A stretch of 64,000 bases of DNA from an uncultured candidatus Porisulfidus sp. (GCA_965116025.1 OZ220480.1:1408001-1472000), one strand, 5' to 3'. Counted from the stretch's first letter, positions 50,183 through 61,357 are shown. Notes: generated from the letters alone by a model not told the origin. Program-made: numbers and translations.

Positions 50183-51072
50183 GAGAGTACCCGACCATCG
50201 AGTCCCGCATCGGCGACACTTCGCTGGTGCGCTTGCAGCGCATGGCGCCGAAGGGCGTGACGGTGCTGGCCAAGCTAGAGGGCGACAACCCGGCCGGCTC
50301 GGTCAAAGACCGGCCCGCCATGCACATGATCAACGCTGCCGAGCGGCGCGGGGAGATCCGCCCGGGCGACGCGCTGGTCGAGGCGACTAGCGGAAACACC
50401 GGAATCGCTTTGGCGTTGGCGGCGGCGATCCGCGGCTACCGGATGATCCTGATCATGCCGGAGAACATGAGTTTGGAGCGGCGCCAGACGATGGCGGCGT
50501 ACGGGGCCGAGCTGATTTTGGTCACCGAGGCCGAAGGCATGGAAGGCGCGCGCGACCGGGCGCTGGCGATGAACCGCGCGGGCGAGGCCCATATCCTGAA
50601 CCAGTTCGACAACCCGGACAACTCGGAATCGCACTACCAAGGCACGGGTCCGGAGTTGTGGCGGGATACTGGTGGCGAGCTGACGCATTTCGTCTCGTCC
50701 ATGGGCACCACCGGAACTATCAGCGGGGCCGGACGCTACCTGAAGGAACGCGATCCTGAGGTCGAGGTCATCGGCGTGCAGCCGGCGGATGGTTCCGCGA
50801 TTCCGGGCATACGCCGTTGGCCCGACGCTTACGTCCCGAAGATCCTGGAACGGGACGTGATTGATCGGGAGATCGATGTCACGCGCGCGCAGGCGGAGGA
50901 GACCATGCGAGAGATGGCCCGACGGGAAGGCATTTTCGCCGGAATCTCCTCGGGCGGCTGCATGCGCGCGGGCCTCCAGGTCGCGGAACGGGCCGCGCCG
51001 GGCTCGACCATCGCCGTCATCGTTTGCGACCGCGGCGACCGCTATCTCTCCTCGGGGGTCTATCCGTCATGA
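50179..51072 (+). CDS. cysM: Cysteine synthase B
   Basis: KLEGDNPAGSVKDR, ATSGNTG, IPGIRRWP, DRGDRYLS. Confidence 0.94.
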   Translation: MREYPTIESRIGDTSLVRLQRMAPKGVTVLAKLEGDNPAGSVKDRPAMHMINAAERRGEIRPGDALVEATSGNTGIALALAAAIRGYRMILIMPENMSLERRQTMAAYGAELILVTEAEGMEGARDRALAMNRAGEAHILNQFDNPDNSESHYQGTGPELWRDTGGELTHFVSSMGTTGTISGAGRYLKERDPEVEVIGVQPADGSAIPGIRRWPDAYVPKILERDVIDREIDVTRAQAEETMREMARREGIFAGISSGGCMRAGLQVAERAAPGSTIAVIVCDRGDRYLSSGVYPS

Positions 51073-51872
51073 TCGGCGAGGTGTTGGCCTTCGACATTGA
51101 GACCGTTCCAGACGTGGAAGCGGGGCGGAGGATCCATGGCTTGGGCGAAGAGATTCCCGACGAGGACGTGGCGCGCGCCATGGAGCAGTTGCGCATGCAG
51201 AAGACGGGCGGGCACCCGTTTCAGCCGCTGCACCTGCAGAAAGTGGTTTGCATCTCGGTGGTGTACCACGCGGATTCGGTGTTGCTCGCGAAATCTCTGG
51301 AGAGTCCCGAAGCCCAGGAGGACGCGATCATTCGCAGCTTTTTCGACGGCATCGACCGGGCGGCGCCGCGGCTAGTGAGCTGGAACGGGGGTGGCTTCGA
51401 CCTCGCGGTGCTGAACTATCGAGCCTTGCGCCACGGGATTCGGGCCCGGATCTTCTGGGAAATGGGGGAAAGCGCTCGGGAATTCCGCTACAACAATTAC
51501 ATCAGCCGTTACCACGAGCGGCATCTGGACCTGATGGACATGCTGTCGCGCTACAATCTGCGCGCCGCGGCCGGGCTGGACGAGGTCGCCACGATGCTGG
51601 GCTTCCCCGGGAAGCCGGAAGGGATGTCGGGCTCCGAGGTGTGGCCCGCGTACCGGGACGGTCGCCTCGGCGATATTCGCGCGTATTGCGAGACTGACGC
51701 GCTCACCGTCTATCTGGTGTTTCTTCGCTTCGAGCACATGCGCGGCAAACTATCCCGCGCCAGCTACGTCGAGCTGTGCGATCAGCTGCAGTCCTATCTG
51801 GAGGAGGAGGGCAAGCCCCACTTTCGCGATTTCCTGTCGCGCTGGGACCGCGCGCGCGACCCGGTCGGATAG
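51069..51872 (+). CDS. PolB-like 3'-5' exonuclease
   Basis: FDIET, WNGGGFDL, HLDL, YCETD (DEDD motifs). Confidence 0.88.
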   Translation: MIGEVLAFDIETVPDVEAGRRIHGLGEEIPDEDVARAMEQLRMQKTGGHPFQPLHLQKVVCISVVYHADSVLLAKSLESPEAQEDAIIRSFFDGIDRAAPRLVSWNGGGFDLAVLNYRALRHGIRARIFWEMGESAREFRYNNYISRYHERHLDLMDMLSRYNLRAAAGLDEVATMLGFPGKPEGMSGSEVWPAYRDGRLGDIRAYCETDALTVYLVFLRFEHMRGKLSRASYVELCDQLQSYLEEEGKPHFRDFLSRWDRARDPVG

Positions 51873-51875
51873 GCG

Positions 51876-53003
51876 TCAGTCCAGCAGTTTCTCGATGATG
51901 GCGAGGTATGTCTCGGCCAGCCGGTCGAGGTCCTCGACCGCCACATGCTCGTCAATCTTGTGGATGCTACGGTTGACGGGGCCGAACTCGACCACCTCGG
52001 CGCCGGTCGGTCGGATGAAGCGTCCGTCCGACGTGCCGCCCTCGGTGCTTAGCTCCGCGTCCGTCCCAAGCGTGGACGATACCGCGTCATGGCAGGCCCG
52101 GGTCAGATCGCCGGGTGGCGTGTGGTAGGGGAGGCTCGCCCTCTGCCACTCGATTCTGAAGTCCAGGTTCGCGTGGGCGAGAATGCCCTCGATTCGCTCG
52201 CGCAGATCGTCGGCTGTGACCGCCGGCGAATAGCGCAGGTTGAAGTCCGCGATCAGCTCGCCCGGGATGACGTTGGACGCGCCGCAACCGCTGTTGAGAT
52301 TGGAGATTTGGAATTGGGTGGGCGGAAAACCCTCGCCGCCCTCGTCCCAGACGGTTCGGGTGAGTTCCACTAGGGCGGGGGCGAAGCGATGGATCGGGTT
52401 GTCGCATAGGGTCGGATAGGCGATGTGGCCCTGCGTGCCTAGCACCGTCAGCCGTCCAGACAGCGAACCGCGGCGGCCGTTCTTGATGACATCGCCGAGT
52501 CGCTCGCGGCAACTTGGCTCACCGACCACGCACCAGACCGGGACTTCCCCACGCTCGCGTAGCCGCTCGATTGCGATCCGGGTGCCGTGCTCGGCGACTC
52601 CTTCCTCGTCGCTGGTCAATAGAAGTCCGAGGGAACCCCCGTGGTCGGGTTTTCGCTCGACGTAGCGAGCGCAAGCGACGGTCATCGCGGCGATGCCGCT
52701 CTTCATGTCCGCCGCGCCGCGACCGTATAGAAGTCCGTCGCGGATGGTTGGGCGGAAGGGGTCGCTGCGCCACGACTCGGGCGGGCCGGTCGGGACGACG
52801 TCGGTGTGTCCGGCGAACATCAGTAGTGGGCCGTTTTCGCCGTGGCGCAACCAAAGATTCTGGACATCTTCGCAGGGCATGGATTCGGCGGCGAATCCAT
52901 GCGGCGCTAGATATTCGGCGACGAGCGCTTGGCATCCCGCGTCTTCTGGCGTGATGGATGGCCGCTTGATCAGAGCGCTGGTGAGGTCTAGGATGTCTGT
53001 CAC
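51876..53003 (-). CDS. dapE: Succinyl-diaminopimelate desuccinylase
   Basis: FAGHTDVVP, GAADMK, SDEEG, GRRGS, GGTSDGRF. Confidence 0.95.
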   Translation of the reverse strand: MTDILDLTSALIKRPSITPEDAGCQALVAEYLAPHGFAAESMPCEDVQNLWLRHGENGPLLMFAGHTDVVPTGPPESWRSDPFRPTIRDGLLYGRGAADMKSGIAAMTVACARYVERKPDHGGSLGLLLTSDEEGVAEHGTRIAIERLRERGEVPVWCVVGEPSCRERLGDVIKNGRRGSLSGRLTVLGTQGHIAYPTLCDNPIHRFAPALVELTRTVWDEGGEGFPPTQFQISNLNSGCGASNVIPGELIADFNLRYSPAVTADDLRERIEGILAHANLDFRIEWQRASLPYHTPPGDLTRACHDAVSSTLGTDAELSTEGGTSDGRFIRPTGAEVVEFGPVNRSIHKIDEHVAVEDLDRLAETYLAIIEKLLD

Positions 53004-53004
53004 G

Positions 53005-53361
53005 CTATCGTTCCAGCGTTCGGGCCCACTCGGCTTCGTCGAAACCCACGCGCAACGCGCCATCGGTTTCCAGCAACGGGCGCTTCAGCAGGGTTGGATG
53101 CTCCAGTAGCAACTCGACGGCGGTCATGTTGGTCATGTCTACGCGGGCGCGCTCCGACAATCTCCTCCAGGTCGCGGAGCGGCGGTTCAGCAACGCGTCT
53201 GAGCCAAGTCGGGCGATCCAGCCTTCCACTAGGGGGCGCGTCAGCCCATCGGCGCGAACGTCGTGGAAGCGATAGTCGATATCGTTTCGGGCGAGCCACC
53301 CTCGCGCCGCCCGGACCCGGTCGCAGTTTGGGATGCCGTAGACGACCGTCGCTTGGCTCAT
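53005..53361 (-). CDS. ArsC/Spx family protein (YffB-like)
   Basis: [15 protein letters not shown]; between dapD and dapE. Confidence 0.9.
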   Translation of the reverse strand: MSQATVVYGIPNCDRVRAARGWLARNDIDYRFHDVRADGLTRPLVEGWIARLGSDALLNRRSATWRRLSERARVDMTNMTAVELLLEHPTLLKRPLLETDGALRVGFDEAEWARTLER

Positions 53362-54185
53362 CCGTCGACGGCCTCGCGCAGAAGGGCGTTGATACCGACC
53401 TTGCTACGGGTCTTCTCGTCAACTTGCTTGACGATCACCGCGCAGGCCAGGCTGTAGCGGCCATCGGAGGCGGGTAGCGAGCCCGGCACGACCACGGCTC
53501 CCGGGGGAACTCGGCCATAGAGAATCTCGTCGCGCGCGCGGTCGTAGACGCGAGTGCTCTGGCCGATGAACACGCCCATAGAGATGACCGCGCCGCGTCC
53601 GACGATCACGCCCTCCACGATCTCCGAGCGAGCGCCGATGAAGCAGTCGTCCTCGATGATCGTGGGGGCGGCCTGCAGGGGTTCCAGCACGCCGCCGATT
53701 CCAACGCCGCCGGAGAGGTGGACATTCTTGCCGATCTGGGCGCAGGAGCCGACCGTCGCCCAGGTATCGACCATGGTTCCTGAATCGACGTAGGCCCCAA
53801 TGTTCACGAAACTAGGCATCAGCACCACCCCGGGGGCCAGATAGCTGCCGAAGCGCGCCGTCGCCGGGGGCACCACCCGGACTCCGCAACGTTCCAGATC
53901 TTCGCGAGCGCAGGCGGCGAAACGCCCCGGCACTTTGTCGCGATAGCGGGTATGCCCGGCCTCGATGATCTCATTGTCGGCGATGCGGAATGACAGGAGC
54001 ACGGCTTTCTTGAGCCATTCGCGCACCACCCAGCCACCCGCGGCGGGTTCAGCGACCCGCAGGCGGCCGTCGTTAAGTCCTCGCAAGGCTTCCTGGACAG
54101 CATCGCGCACCTCGACGGGCGCGGAGGATGGCGTCAGGCTCGCGCGTTCATCGAACGCCCGCTCAATGGTGGACTGGAGGTTCAT
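53358..54185 (-). CDS. dapD: Tetrahydrodipicolinate N-succinyltransferase
   Basis: [32 protein letters not shown]. Confidence 0.97.
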   Translation of the reverse strand: MNLQSTIERAFDERASLTPSSAPVEVRDAVQEALRGLNDGRLRVAEPAAGGWVVREWLKKAVLLSFRIADNEIIEAGHTRYRDKVPGRFAACAREDLERCGVRVVPPATARFGSYLAPGVVLMPSFVNIGAYVDSGTMVDTWATVGSCAQIGKNVHLSGGVGIGGVLEPLQAAPTIIEDDCFIGARSEIVEGVIVGRGAVISMGVFIGQSTRVYDRARDEILYGRVPPGAVVVPGSLPASDGRYSLACAVIVKQVDEKTRSKVGINALLREAVDG

Positions 54186-54267
54186 GGCAGGGAGCTGGTC
54201 TATGACTATGGCCGTTGATTTTACAGGAAGACCGCGGAGGCCGCCCTAAAAAAGTTCCGGAGTCTTG

Positions 54268-54273
54268 TATAAT
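54268..54273 (+). promoter_or_regulatory. -10 box of autotransporter gene
   Basis: TATAATccgc 39 nt before ATG 54313; same TATAATccgc context at 63838. Confidence 0.55.
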
Positions 54274-54312
54274 CCGCGCCTGACCGCATCATTGTTGCAG
54301 GGAAATTCCACC

Positions 54313-57300
54313 ATGAGATATTATCTGACCGCTTCCAATGCCGCTCACACCTCGTCGCACGCCGCCTCGTCGTCTTCCGGCGTAGGGGGGGGGGGGGGGG
54401 GGGGGGCATAGCCCTCGTTTCTTGACCGTTCTGGCCGGCTTCACGGCCTTTCTCTCGCTTCCACTGATCCCGTCCTCCGTCGAAGCGGAGGAGTGCGGCG
54501 ATGTCAGCACCACCAAAACGGTCACCTGCGACGCCGCGACCTACGGCGGCACCAGCGCCACCGATGCCAACCCCATCGAGTACACGGGTCAAACGGGCGG
54601 TCTGACGCTGACCGTGAGGCCTTCCGGGGAGATGACGACCATCAAGTCGTTCCTTCCTCCCGAGAATCCCGCCACCTCTCCCGCTGATCTCACCCAAGGC
54701 CGAAATTCCGGGATCATCGTGATCGGTCGCGGGGCGTTGACGGTCAAGCTGGAAGGCAAGGCGAGGATCGTGAACGAGGCGGGGTGGACGAATACGGCGG
54801 GCACGTACTCTTCTGGTAGCCAACAATACAGCGCGACCTTCATCGAACCCCGGTATCGGCGGGGTAGCAGGAACTACGGGATCGTTGTCGAGAATGACGA
54901 AGCCGGCTTGAGCTCAAGGACGGACAAGATCGAGATCGTGATCGGGGCCGAGGCGCGGATCGGCACTGAGGAGATTCCGGTGGGGCGTTATGGGGTGTTC
55001 GCGTATTACAGAAACGCGTCCGCCGAGGGCGACATGTTGATCGTGAACCGGGGCGAGATTTACGGATATTACCGAGGAATCTACGCGCACCACGAAGGGT
55101 CTGGAGATATCACCGTCGAGACGGCGAAGGGTAGCGTGACCAGTAAGGGGATTTTAGTCAATACGTCCAATAGTGGAGAGGGAGGGGACATCCGCGTCAC
55201 GAACCACGGGACGCTCCAGAGTCCGAGGCAACGACCGCTGTACGCGAAAACGCTCTCGGGCGGAGAGGCCACGCTGTATGATGGTGATATTCCGCTCTAC
55301 AATCAAGATGGCATTCAAGTCCAACACAGGGACGAGACCGAGGGCGCCGCCGATAACCCCAGCAGCACGATCACGATCACCTCGAGCGGAGATATTCGGG
55401 CCCGCAGGTATGGCATCAGCATCGTTACGCGAGGGGACGAGGATTCCGTGGTTCCGGTGACGGTGGACGTGACGGGTGGCGTCATCACGGCGGGCGAGGC
55501 GGACAAGCGGAGAGAGGGGGAATTGGGGAACGGAATTTACGTTCATTCCGATTCCCACAGCGGTGGGCTCATCAAGGTGGATCTCGCGGGCGAGATCGCC
55601 TGGACGGGGATTGAGGGAGACGGGATCTACGTCTACCGGACCAACTCGGCTGATTCCGACGACCCGGCCAATCAGGATGTCGAGGTGACGCTGAAGTCTG
55701 GCGCGCGGATTGGCATGAATGGGGACGAGCCGACCGTGGGCAGGCACGGCGTATGGATCGAGCAGTGGGCTCACGGGGGAACGCTCCGGGTGACCATCTC
55801 CGAGGGGGCGAGGATCGGGACCACGGAGACTCCAGTTGGCGTGCATGGGGTGCTCCTCGAGACCGACCACAGGGATGATGAGAACGACATGATGATCTCC
55901 AACAAAGGCTTGGTTCACGCGAGAAGTTCCGGGCTAGTCGGTTGGAACCATGGTTGGGGAAACGTGGTCGTGGAGCACCTGAAAGGCGAGATCATCGCGG
56001 GCGACGCGCCCAACTTGTTCGAGAATCTAGGGGAAGATGACCAAACGCAGCTGGTGCTGAAGCCCCGGACCGCCGGCATCTTCGCTTTCCATGGAGGCTC
56101 GAAGCTCCAGACGCTTCCCGGCGAGACGTTCGAAGACAACGACCCCTCCACCTACACAGCCGAGGTCGGAGAGATCAAGATCACGTCGAAGGCGGACATC
56201 ACGTCGAAGGGCGACGGCGTTCTCGCCTATGTCAAAGACATTGATGTTCCAAACGATATCGTGTTCATCCCGATCATGATCGACGTTGCGGGCGGGACGA
56301 TCACGGCGGACGGGCATGGGGTTTACGCGGAGACGGCCACTACCTACGAGGACGAGGACGCGCCGAAAGCTGGGAGGATAGAGGTCACGGTGGGGGAGAT
56401 GGCGACGATCCGTGCCAAGAAGGACGGGGTGCATGTCAAGGGCATGCGGACCTTCGCGTCCGACCACGCCCGGAAGGGGCAATACGACCAGACGGTCACC
56501 ATCAACGGCAAGGTGATGGGCGGCGGTGGAGACCACGCCGGCGTTCGGGTGGTGAAGGGCGGGACGCTGGTGATCGGGAGCGGCGGGCCGGAGGCGCGGC
56601 TCGGGGCGGCCTCGGGCGTGGCGGTCCACGCGGACGGGGCTCTGACCATCACGATGAGCAAGACCGCCGACGGGCGCATCGGCTGGGTCGTGGGGAAGAT
56701 CCAGAACGGCGACAGTGGTGACACGACCTTCGCGGGCGTGGAAGTGGGGAAGACGTACCTTCTTCAGGATTGGGAGGAGACGAAGGGGATATACGACACG
56801 ACGATCGAGCGGAAGGTGACCTTGAGGGAATACGCGGACGAGGACTATCACGAGTTCGAGCTGGTGTCTCAAGAGGAGATCGTTCGGGAGTACCATGATC
56901 GGGCTCGGGTGTACGAGGCGCTGCCGTCGGTGCTGCTGGAGATGAGCGCGCCGGGCGGTCGTCAGGCGCGGTTGTCGGCGACGCGGGACGGCGGGGGCGC
57001 GTGGGCGCGGGTTTTGGCGAGCGACGGCGAGCGTGAGGCGGAGACGTCCACGACGGCGATGGACACGGCGGGGCATGATCTGTCTTGGGACTTCGAGCGC
57101 TGGGGCGTGGAGACGGGCTTCGCCGTTCCCACGGACCTGCCAGGCGTGACGCTGGGGGTGAGCGCGCATTATCGAGACGGCGAGGCGGACGTCGAGCGCG
57201 GCGGGAAGATCGAGGTCTCGGGCGTGGGCGTTGGGGCTTCGGCGACCTGGCGTGGTGAGGACGGCTGGTACGCGGACGGGGAGCTCTCGTACACGCGTTT

Positions 57301-57796
57301 CGAGGATGTCGATTTGAGTTCGGAGGCGCGCGGGATGGTGGCGTCCGGTCTGGACGGAGACGGCCACGCGATCGGCGTGGAGGTCGGCAGGCGGCTGGAG
57401 ATGGACGGCTTCGCGCTGGTTCCGCGCGGAGGATTGACGTGGACTTGGGTGGACGTCGATGGCTTCGATGACGTGTCGGGCGTTACGGGTAGCGGTCGGG
57501 TGTCGTTCCGCTCGGAAGACAGCGCGCGGGCGCGGGTTGGAATGTTGCTGGAGAATGGCCAGACGTACGCCTCATTGGACGTGGAGCGTGAGCTGTCGGA
57601 GAGCCGGGAGGTGATGGCGTCGGGGTCGCGCTTGCGCTCGGAGGTGGAGTCTACGTGGGCGCGCGTGGGCGTTGGGGGCGTGATGGTCTTGGATGAGAAG
57701 GGAGAGTCGACGCTCTCGGGGGAGGCGCACTACGCGGCGTCGGACGGCGACAATGAGGATTATGGCGCGAGCGTCCTGCTGAAGGTTCGCTTCTGA
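54313..57796 (+). CDS. Phase-variable autotransporter, out of frame as assembled (G22); main ORF 54422-57796
   Basis: ATG 54313 + 24 codons + G22 gives GCA TAG; G21 would join it to the signal peptide (..LTVLAGFTAFLSLPLIPSSVEA), passenger and barrel ending LLKVRF. Confidence 0.88.
54385..54406 (+). repeat. Poly-G tract (22 G)
   Basis: Direct count. Confidence 0.9.
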
Positions 57797-57809
57797 TCAG
57801 ACGTGTGAT

Positions 57810-57840
57810 CGCGGCCCCGGCGCTCAAGCCGGGGCCCGCG
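57810..57840 (+). terminator. GC-rich hairpin between autotransporter and convergent glnD
   Basis: cgcggccccggc..gccggggcccgcg; homologous to 1566-1594. Confidence 0.55.
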
Positions 57841-57947
57841 TGGCGCGGTATCAAAACAGGAAGCATGCGCCGGAAGAATAGAGCGAACGGTGGCGGTTGG
57901 TCAGGAAGCGGCCGATCCGTCCTTGCGGCTCCGCCATGAAGCTCTCC

Positions 57948-60590
57948 TTATTCGCGCGCCGTGGCTCCAAGCCGTTCAATGCGCTCACGCATGGCATTCA
58001 CGATGCGGTGCTGGGCTTTGGGGTCGAGAATAGGGCGGGATTCCATATCGGTGACGGTGAACACATCCCGCGCTTGCGCGCCCAAGGTGGTGATGCGCGC
58101 TCGGGTGATGCGTGCCTGGCACTGGTCCAGGGCTCGGCTGACGGTCCACAGGAGTCCGGGGTGGTCGGAGGCCGAGAGATGGATCCGGGTTTCGGTCGGG
58201 TTCTCGTGGCATGCGAATTCGATCTCGGTTGGGAGATCGAAGTGCCGGGTCCGGCGTTTCGGCCGGCGTAGCACTGGACGGTCGAAGTCTTTCGGCGAGC
58301 GGATCACGCCTCGCAGAGTCTCAAGCAACTCGTCCAGCGCGCGGCGGTTGTGGATCGGCATTCCTTCGGTGTCGGTCACTAGGAAAGTCTGCAAGATGTG
58401 GCGCTCGCGAGTCTCGGTAACGCGCGCGTAGAGCACGTTCAGGCTGAGCCGGGCCAAGGCCGCCGTGATTGAGGCGAACATGGGGGCGTGACTTTCGTCG
58501 TGGATCAGGATCTCCGTGCAGTGGTGCTCGCCCTGGTGGCGCGCGAACGCTTGGGTTGGGATGTCGGGCGCGCGAGTGAGGACGCGCTCGGTCTGCCAGG
58601 CCAAGTCGTCGTCAGTATAGTGCAACAGGTCGCCATCGCGCAGAGAACTCCAGAAGCGAAGGCAGTCGGACTCGGAGCAGACCAAGATCTTTTCCAGTGC
58701 TGAAGTCTTAAGCTCGCGGATTAGCTGGGCCGCGTCGAGCGGCTGGTCAAGGCCTCGCCGCAATTGCCGGTCGGCCGCGTCGTACAGCTGGCGCAGGAGC
58801 GCCTCGCGCCAGGGTGTCCAGAGCGCCGGGTTGGTTCCACGCAAGTCGGCGACGGTCAGCAGGAAAAGGCCGCGCAAACGTATCCCGTTGCCAACCCGTG
58901 CAGCGAACTCGCGCGCTACGTCCGGGTCGCCGATATCGCGCTTTTGCGAGGTCATCGACATCATCAGGTGCCGCTCGACCAGCCAGCGCACCATGCCGGA
59001 GTCGTAGGCGCTCAGGCGGTGTTCGCGGCAGAAATCCTGGGCGAGTGTGCCGCCAATCTCGGAATGGTCTCCACCGCGCCCTTTTCCAATGTCATGAAAC
59101 AGTGCCGCGAGGTACAGCAACTCCGGCTTGGGAAATTGGCGGAACAGTTCATGGTAGAGGGGGTTCTCGCCTTTCCGCGGTGGCTTAGCGAGCCGCCGCA
59201 GCTCGGTCAGCACCTGCAAGGTGTGCTCGTCCACCGGGTGGATGTGGAATAGATCGTATTGCATCATGCCGACTGTCCGTCCGAAATCCGGCCAGTACCG
59301 GGCGAGGACCCCGTAGCGGTGCATGCGCCGAAACTCCCGGGCGATATGCCAGGGTTGGCGCAAGATGTCCAAAAACAGATCCTGGTTGGCGGGGCGGGCG
59401 CGGAAGGCATCGTCGATACGGTGCAGGTTGGCGCGGACCGCTCGAATGACGCGTGCCCGCGCACCTTGGATTTCTGGATGCCGCTGCAGGAGCAGGAACA
59501 GTTCCAGCAACCCTTGAGGGTGGCGCTTGAAGACATCGTCGTCACGGATTTCCAGGTAGCCGTCACGTTCCTGGAAACAGGCGCTCAGGCTTCGTGGCGC
59601 GCGGTGGCTGGGAGGACGCAGGCTTTCGCGGTACTGCTGGATCAGGACCTCGGCGAGACGGTCGACCTCGCTGGTCGAGCGGTAGAAATCCCGCATGAAC
59701 GCCTCGATCATATCGTTGACGGTGTCGCCTCGGTAGCCGAGTCGCTTGGCGACCGTGTGCTGGTAGTCGAATAGCAAACGCTCTTCGGCCTGGCCACTGG
59801 CTTCATGCAGGGCGAAACGCGTCCGCCACAGGAATCGCTTTCCTTCGCGCAACAGATCCAACTCTCGCGGTTCGCAGAATTCCGAGGGACTGGCGATATC
59901 CGGGCGCCGCCGCAAGATCCAGTCGAGGGTCTGGATATCGCGCAATCCACCGGGCCCCTCCTTGATGTTCGGCTCCAACTGGTAGCTGTCGCCGCCAAAT
60001 CGCTGGTGGCGGGTCTTTCGCTCCTCGACCTTGCCTTCGAAGAAGCGCTCCGGAGTCCACAAAGGAGCCTGGAGCAATCCGGTCCGGGGGATCAAGTTGT
60101 CCTCCAGCTCGCGCGCGAGCCGGAGATCCCCGCGCAACGGTCTCACCTCGAGCCAGCTGGTCATCAGCGTGATGTCGGCGCGGGCGTCGTCGCGGCATTG
60201 GCGGACGGTGCGCGCGCTCTGCGAGAGCCTCAGCCCGCTGTCCCACAGAGTCTGGAAGAACGGGCCCAAGGCTCGCGGCGCGGCGCGTCCCCGGTACAGC
60301 GCCAGGATATCAATGTCGGACTGGGGATGCAGCTCACCTCGGCCATAGCCGCCAACCGCGAGCAAGGCGAGGTCGCTTTCCTCGTCCATGCCTCCCGCGC
60401 TCCACAGCGCCCGCAACATCCGGTCGACGAGAGCGGCCCGGGCGCGAACCAGATCGTCGATGTCGCTCTGCAGGAAGCGTCGCGACAGAAATCGCTGGGT
60501 CTTTTCGGACCACCGTTTCCAGCCCGCGGGATTCGCGCCGCGCGGCAAAGGGCATGCGTCAAGGCATGCGCGGATCAGGGAGGAACTCAC
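57948..60590 (-). CDS. glnD: PII uridylyltransferase/uridylyl-removing enzyme
   Basis: AVGGYGRGELHPQSDID, EPNIKEGPGGLRD, LFHDIGKGRGGDHS, two ACT domains. Confidence 0.96.
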   Translation of the reverse strand: MSSSLIRACLDACPLPRGANPAGWKRWSEKTQRFLSRRFLQSDIDDLVRARAALVDRMLRALWSAGGMDEESDLALLAVGGYGRGELHPQSDIDILALYRGRAAPRALGPFFQTLWDSGLRLSQSARTVRQCRDDARADITLMTSWLEVRPLRGDLRLARELEDNLIPRTGLLQAPLWTPERFFEGKVEERKTRHQRFGGDSYQLEPNIKEGPGGLRDIQTLDWILRRRPDIASPSEFCEPRELDLLREGKRFLWRTRFALHEASGQAEERLLFDYQHTVAKRLGYRGDTVNDMIEAFMRDFYRSTSEVDRLAEVLIQQYRESLRPPSHRAPRSLSACFQERDGYLEIRDDDVFKRHPQGLLELFLLLQRHPEIQGARARVIRAVRANLHRIDDAFRARPANQDLFLDILRQPWHIAREFRRMHRYGVLARYWPDFGRTVGMMQYDLFHIHPVDEHTLQVLTELRRLAKPPRKGENPLYHELFRQFPKPELLYLAALFHDIGKGRGGDHSEIGGTLAQDFCREHRLSAYDSGMVRWLVERHLMMSMTSQKRDIGDPDVAREFAARVGNGIRLRGLFLLTVADLRGTNPALWTPWREALLRQLYDAADRQLRRGLDQPLDAAQLIRELKTSALEKILVCSESDCLRFWSSLRDGDLLHYTDDDLAWQTERVLTRAPDIPTQAFARHQGEHHCTEILIHDESHAPMFASITAALARLSLNVLYARVTETRERHILQTFLVTDTEGMPIHNRRALDELLETLRGVIRSPKDFDRPVLRRPKRRTRHFDLPTEIEFACHENPTETRIHLSASDHPGLLWTVSRALDQCQARITRARITTLGAQARDVFTVTDMESRPILDPKAQHRIVNAMRERIERLGATARE

Positions 60591-61357
60591 GAGAATCGTT
60601 CATCGGGACGGGCGGTCAGTACCTCGAAGCCATTCTCGGTGACCAAGACGGTGTGTTCCCACTGGGCCGACAGACTATGGTCGCGGGTCACCACGGTCCA
60701 CCGGTCCGGCAACAGCCTTACTTCCGGTAGTCCGGCGTTGATCATGGGCTCGATAGTGAAGGTCATGCCGGGTTTGAGCATAATTCCAATGCCGGGTTCG
60801 CCGAAGTGCAGCACTTGCGGGTCTTCGTGGAATTCGCGACCGATGCCATGGCCGCAGTACTCGCGCACCACGGAAAGGCCATGACCTTCCGCGAAACTCT
60901 GGATGGCGTGGCCGAGGTCGCCGAGGCGGACGACCGGGCGCACCATGCGGATCGCGCGAAGCATCGCCTCGTAGGTCAAGTCGACCAGCCGCCGCGCCTG
61001 CACCGACGGTTTGCCGAGCAGGAACATGCGGCTGGTGTCTCCATGGTAGCCGTCCTTGATCACGGTAACATCGATATTGAGGATATCGCCGCGCTTGAGC
61101 GCGCGCTCTCCTGGGATGCCGTGGCACACCTGATGGTTGAGCGTGGTGCAGATGGATTTTGGAAAGCCGCGGTAGTTGAGCGGGGCCGGGATCGCGCCTT
61201 GCTTCTCCGTGATGTGGTGGTGGCACAGCTCGTTTAGATGGTCCGTGGTGACTCCGACCTTGACATGCTCGGCGATCATTTCCAGCACTTCCGCGGCGAG
61301 GCGCCCGGCGACCCGCATCTTCTCGATCTCTTCGGGAGTCTTTATGGTGATGGGCAT
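60587..61357 (-). CDS. map: Methionine aminopeptidase type I
   Basis: VCHGIP, GYHGDTS, CGHGIG..FHE, TIEPMIN, AQWEHT. Confidence 0.97.
   Translation of the reverse strand: MPITIKTPEEIEKMRVAGRLAAEVLEMIAEHVKVGVTTDHLNELCHHHITEKQGAIPAPLNYRGFPKSICTTLNHQVCHGIPGERALKRGDILNIDVTVIKDGYHGDTSRMFLLGKPSVQARRLVDLTYEAMLRAIRMVRPVVRLGDLGHAIQSFAEGHGLSVVREYCGHGIGREFHEDPQVLHFGEPGIGIMLKPGMTFTIEPMINAGLPEVRLLPDRWTVVTRDHSLSAQWEHTVLVTENGFEVLTARPDERFS

Noticed and set aside
54385-54406. Poly-G as a pure sequencing artefact
   Set aside because: It occurs at the same codon position with conserved flanks in two separate loci, so the tract is real; only its exact length is uncertain.
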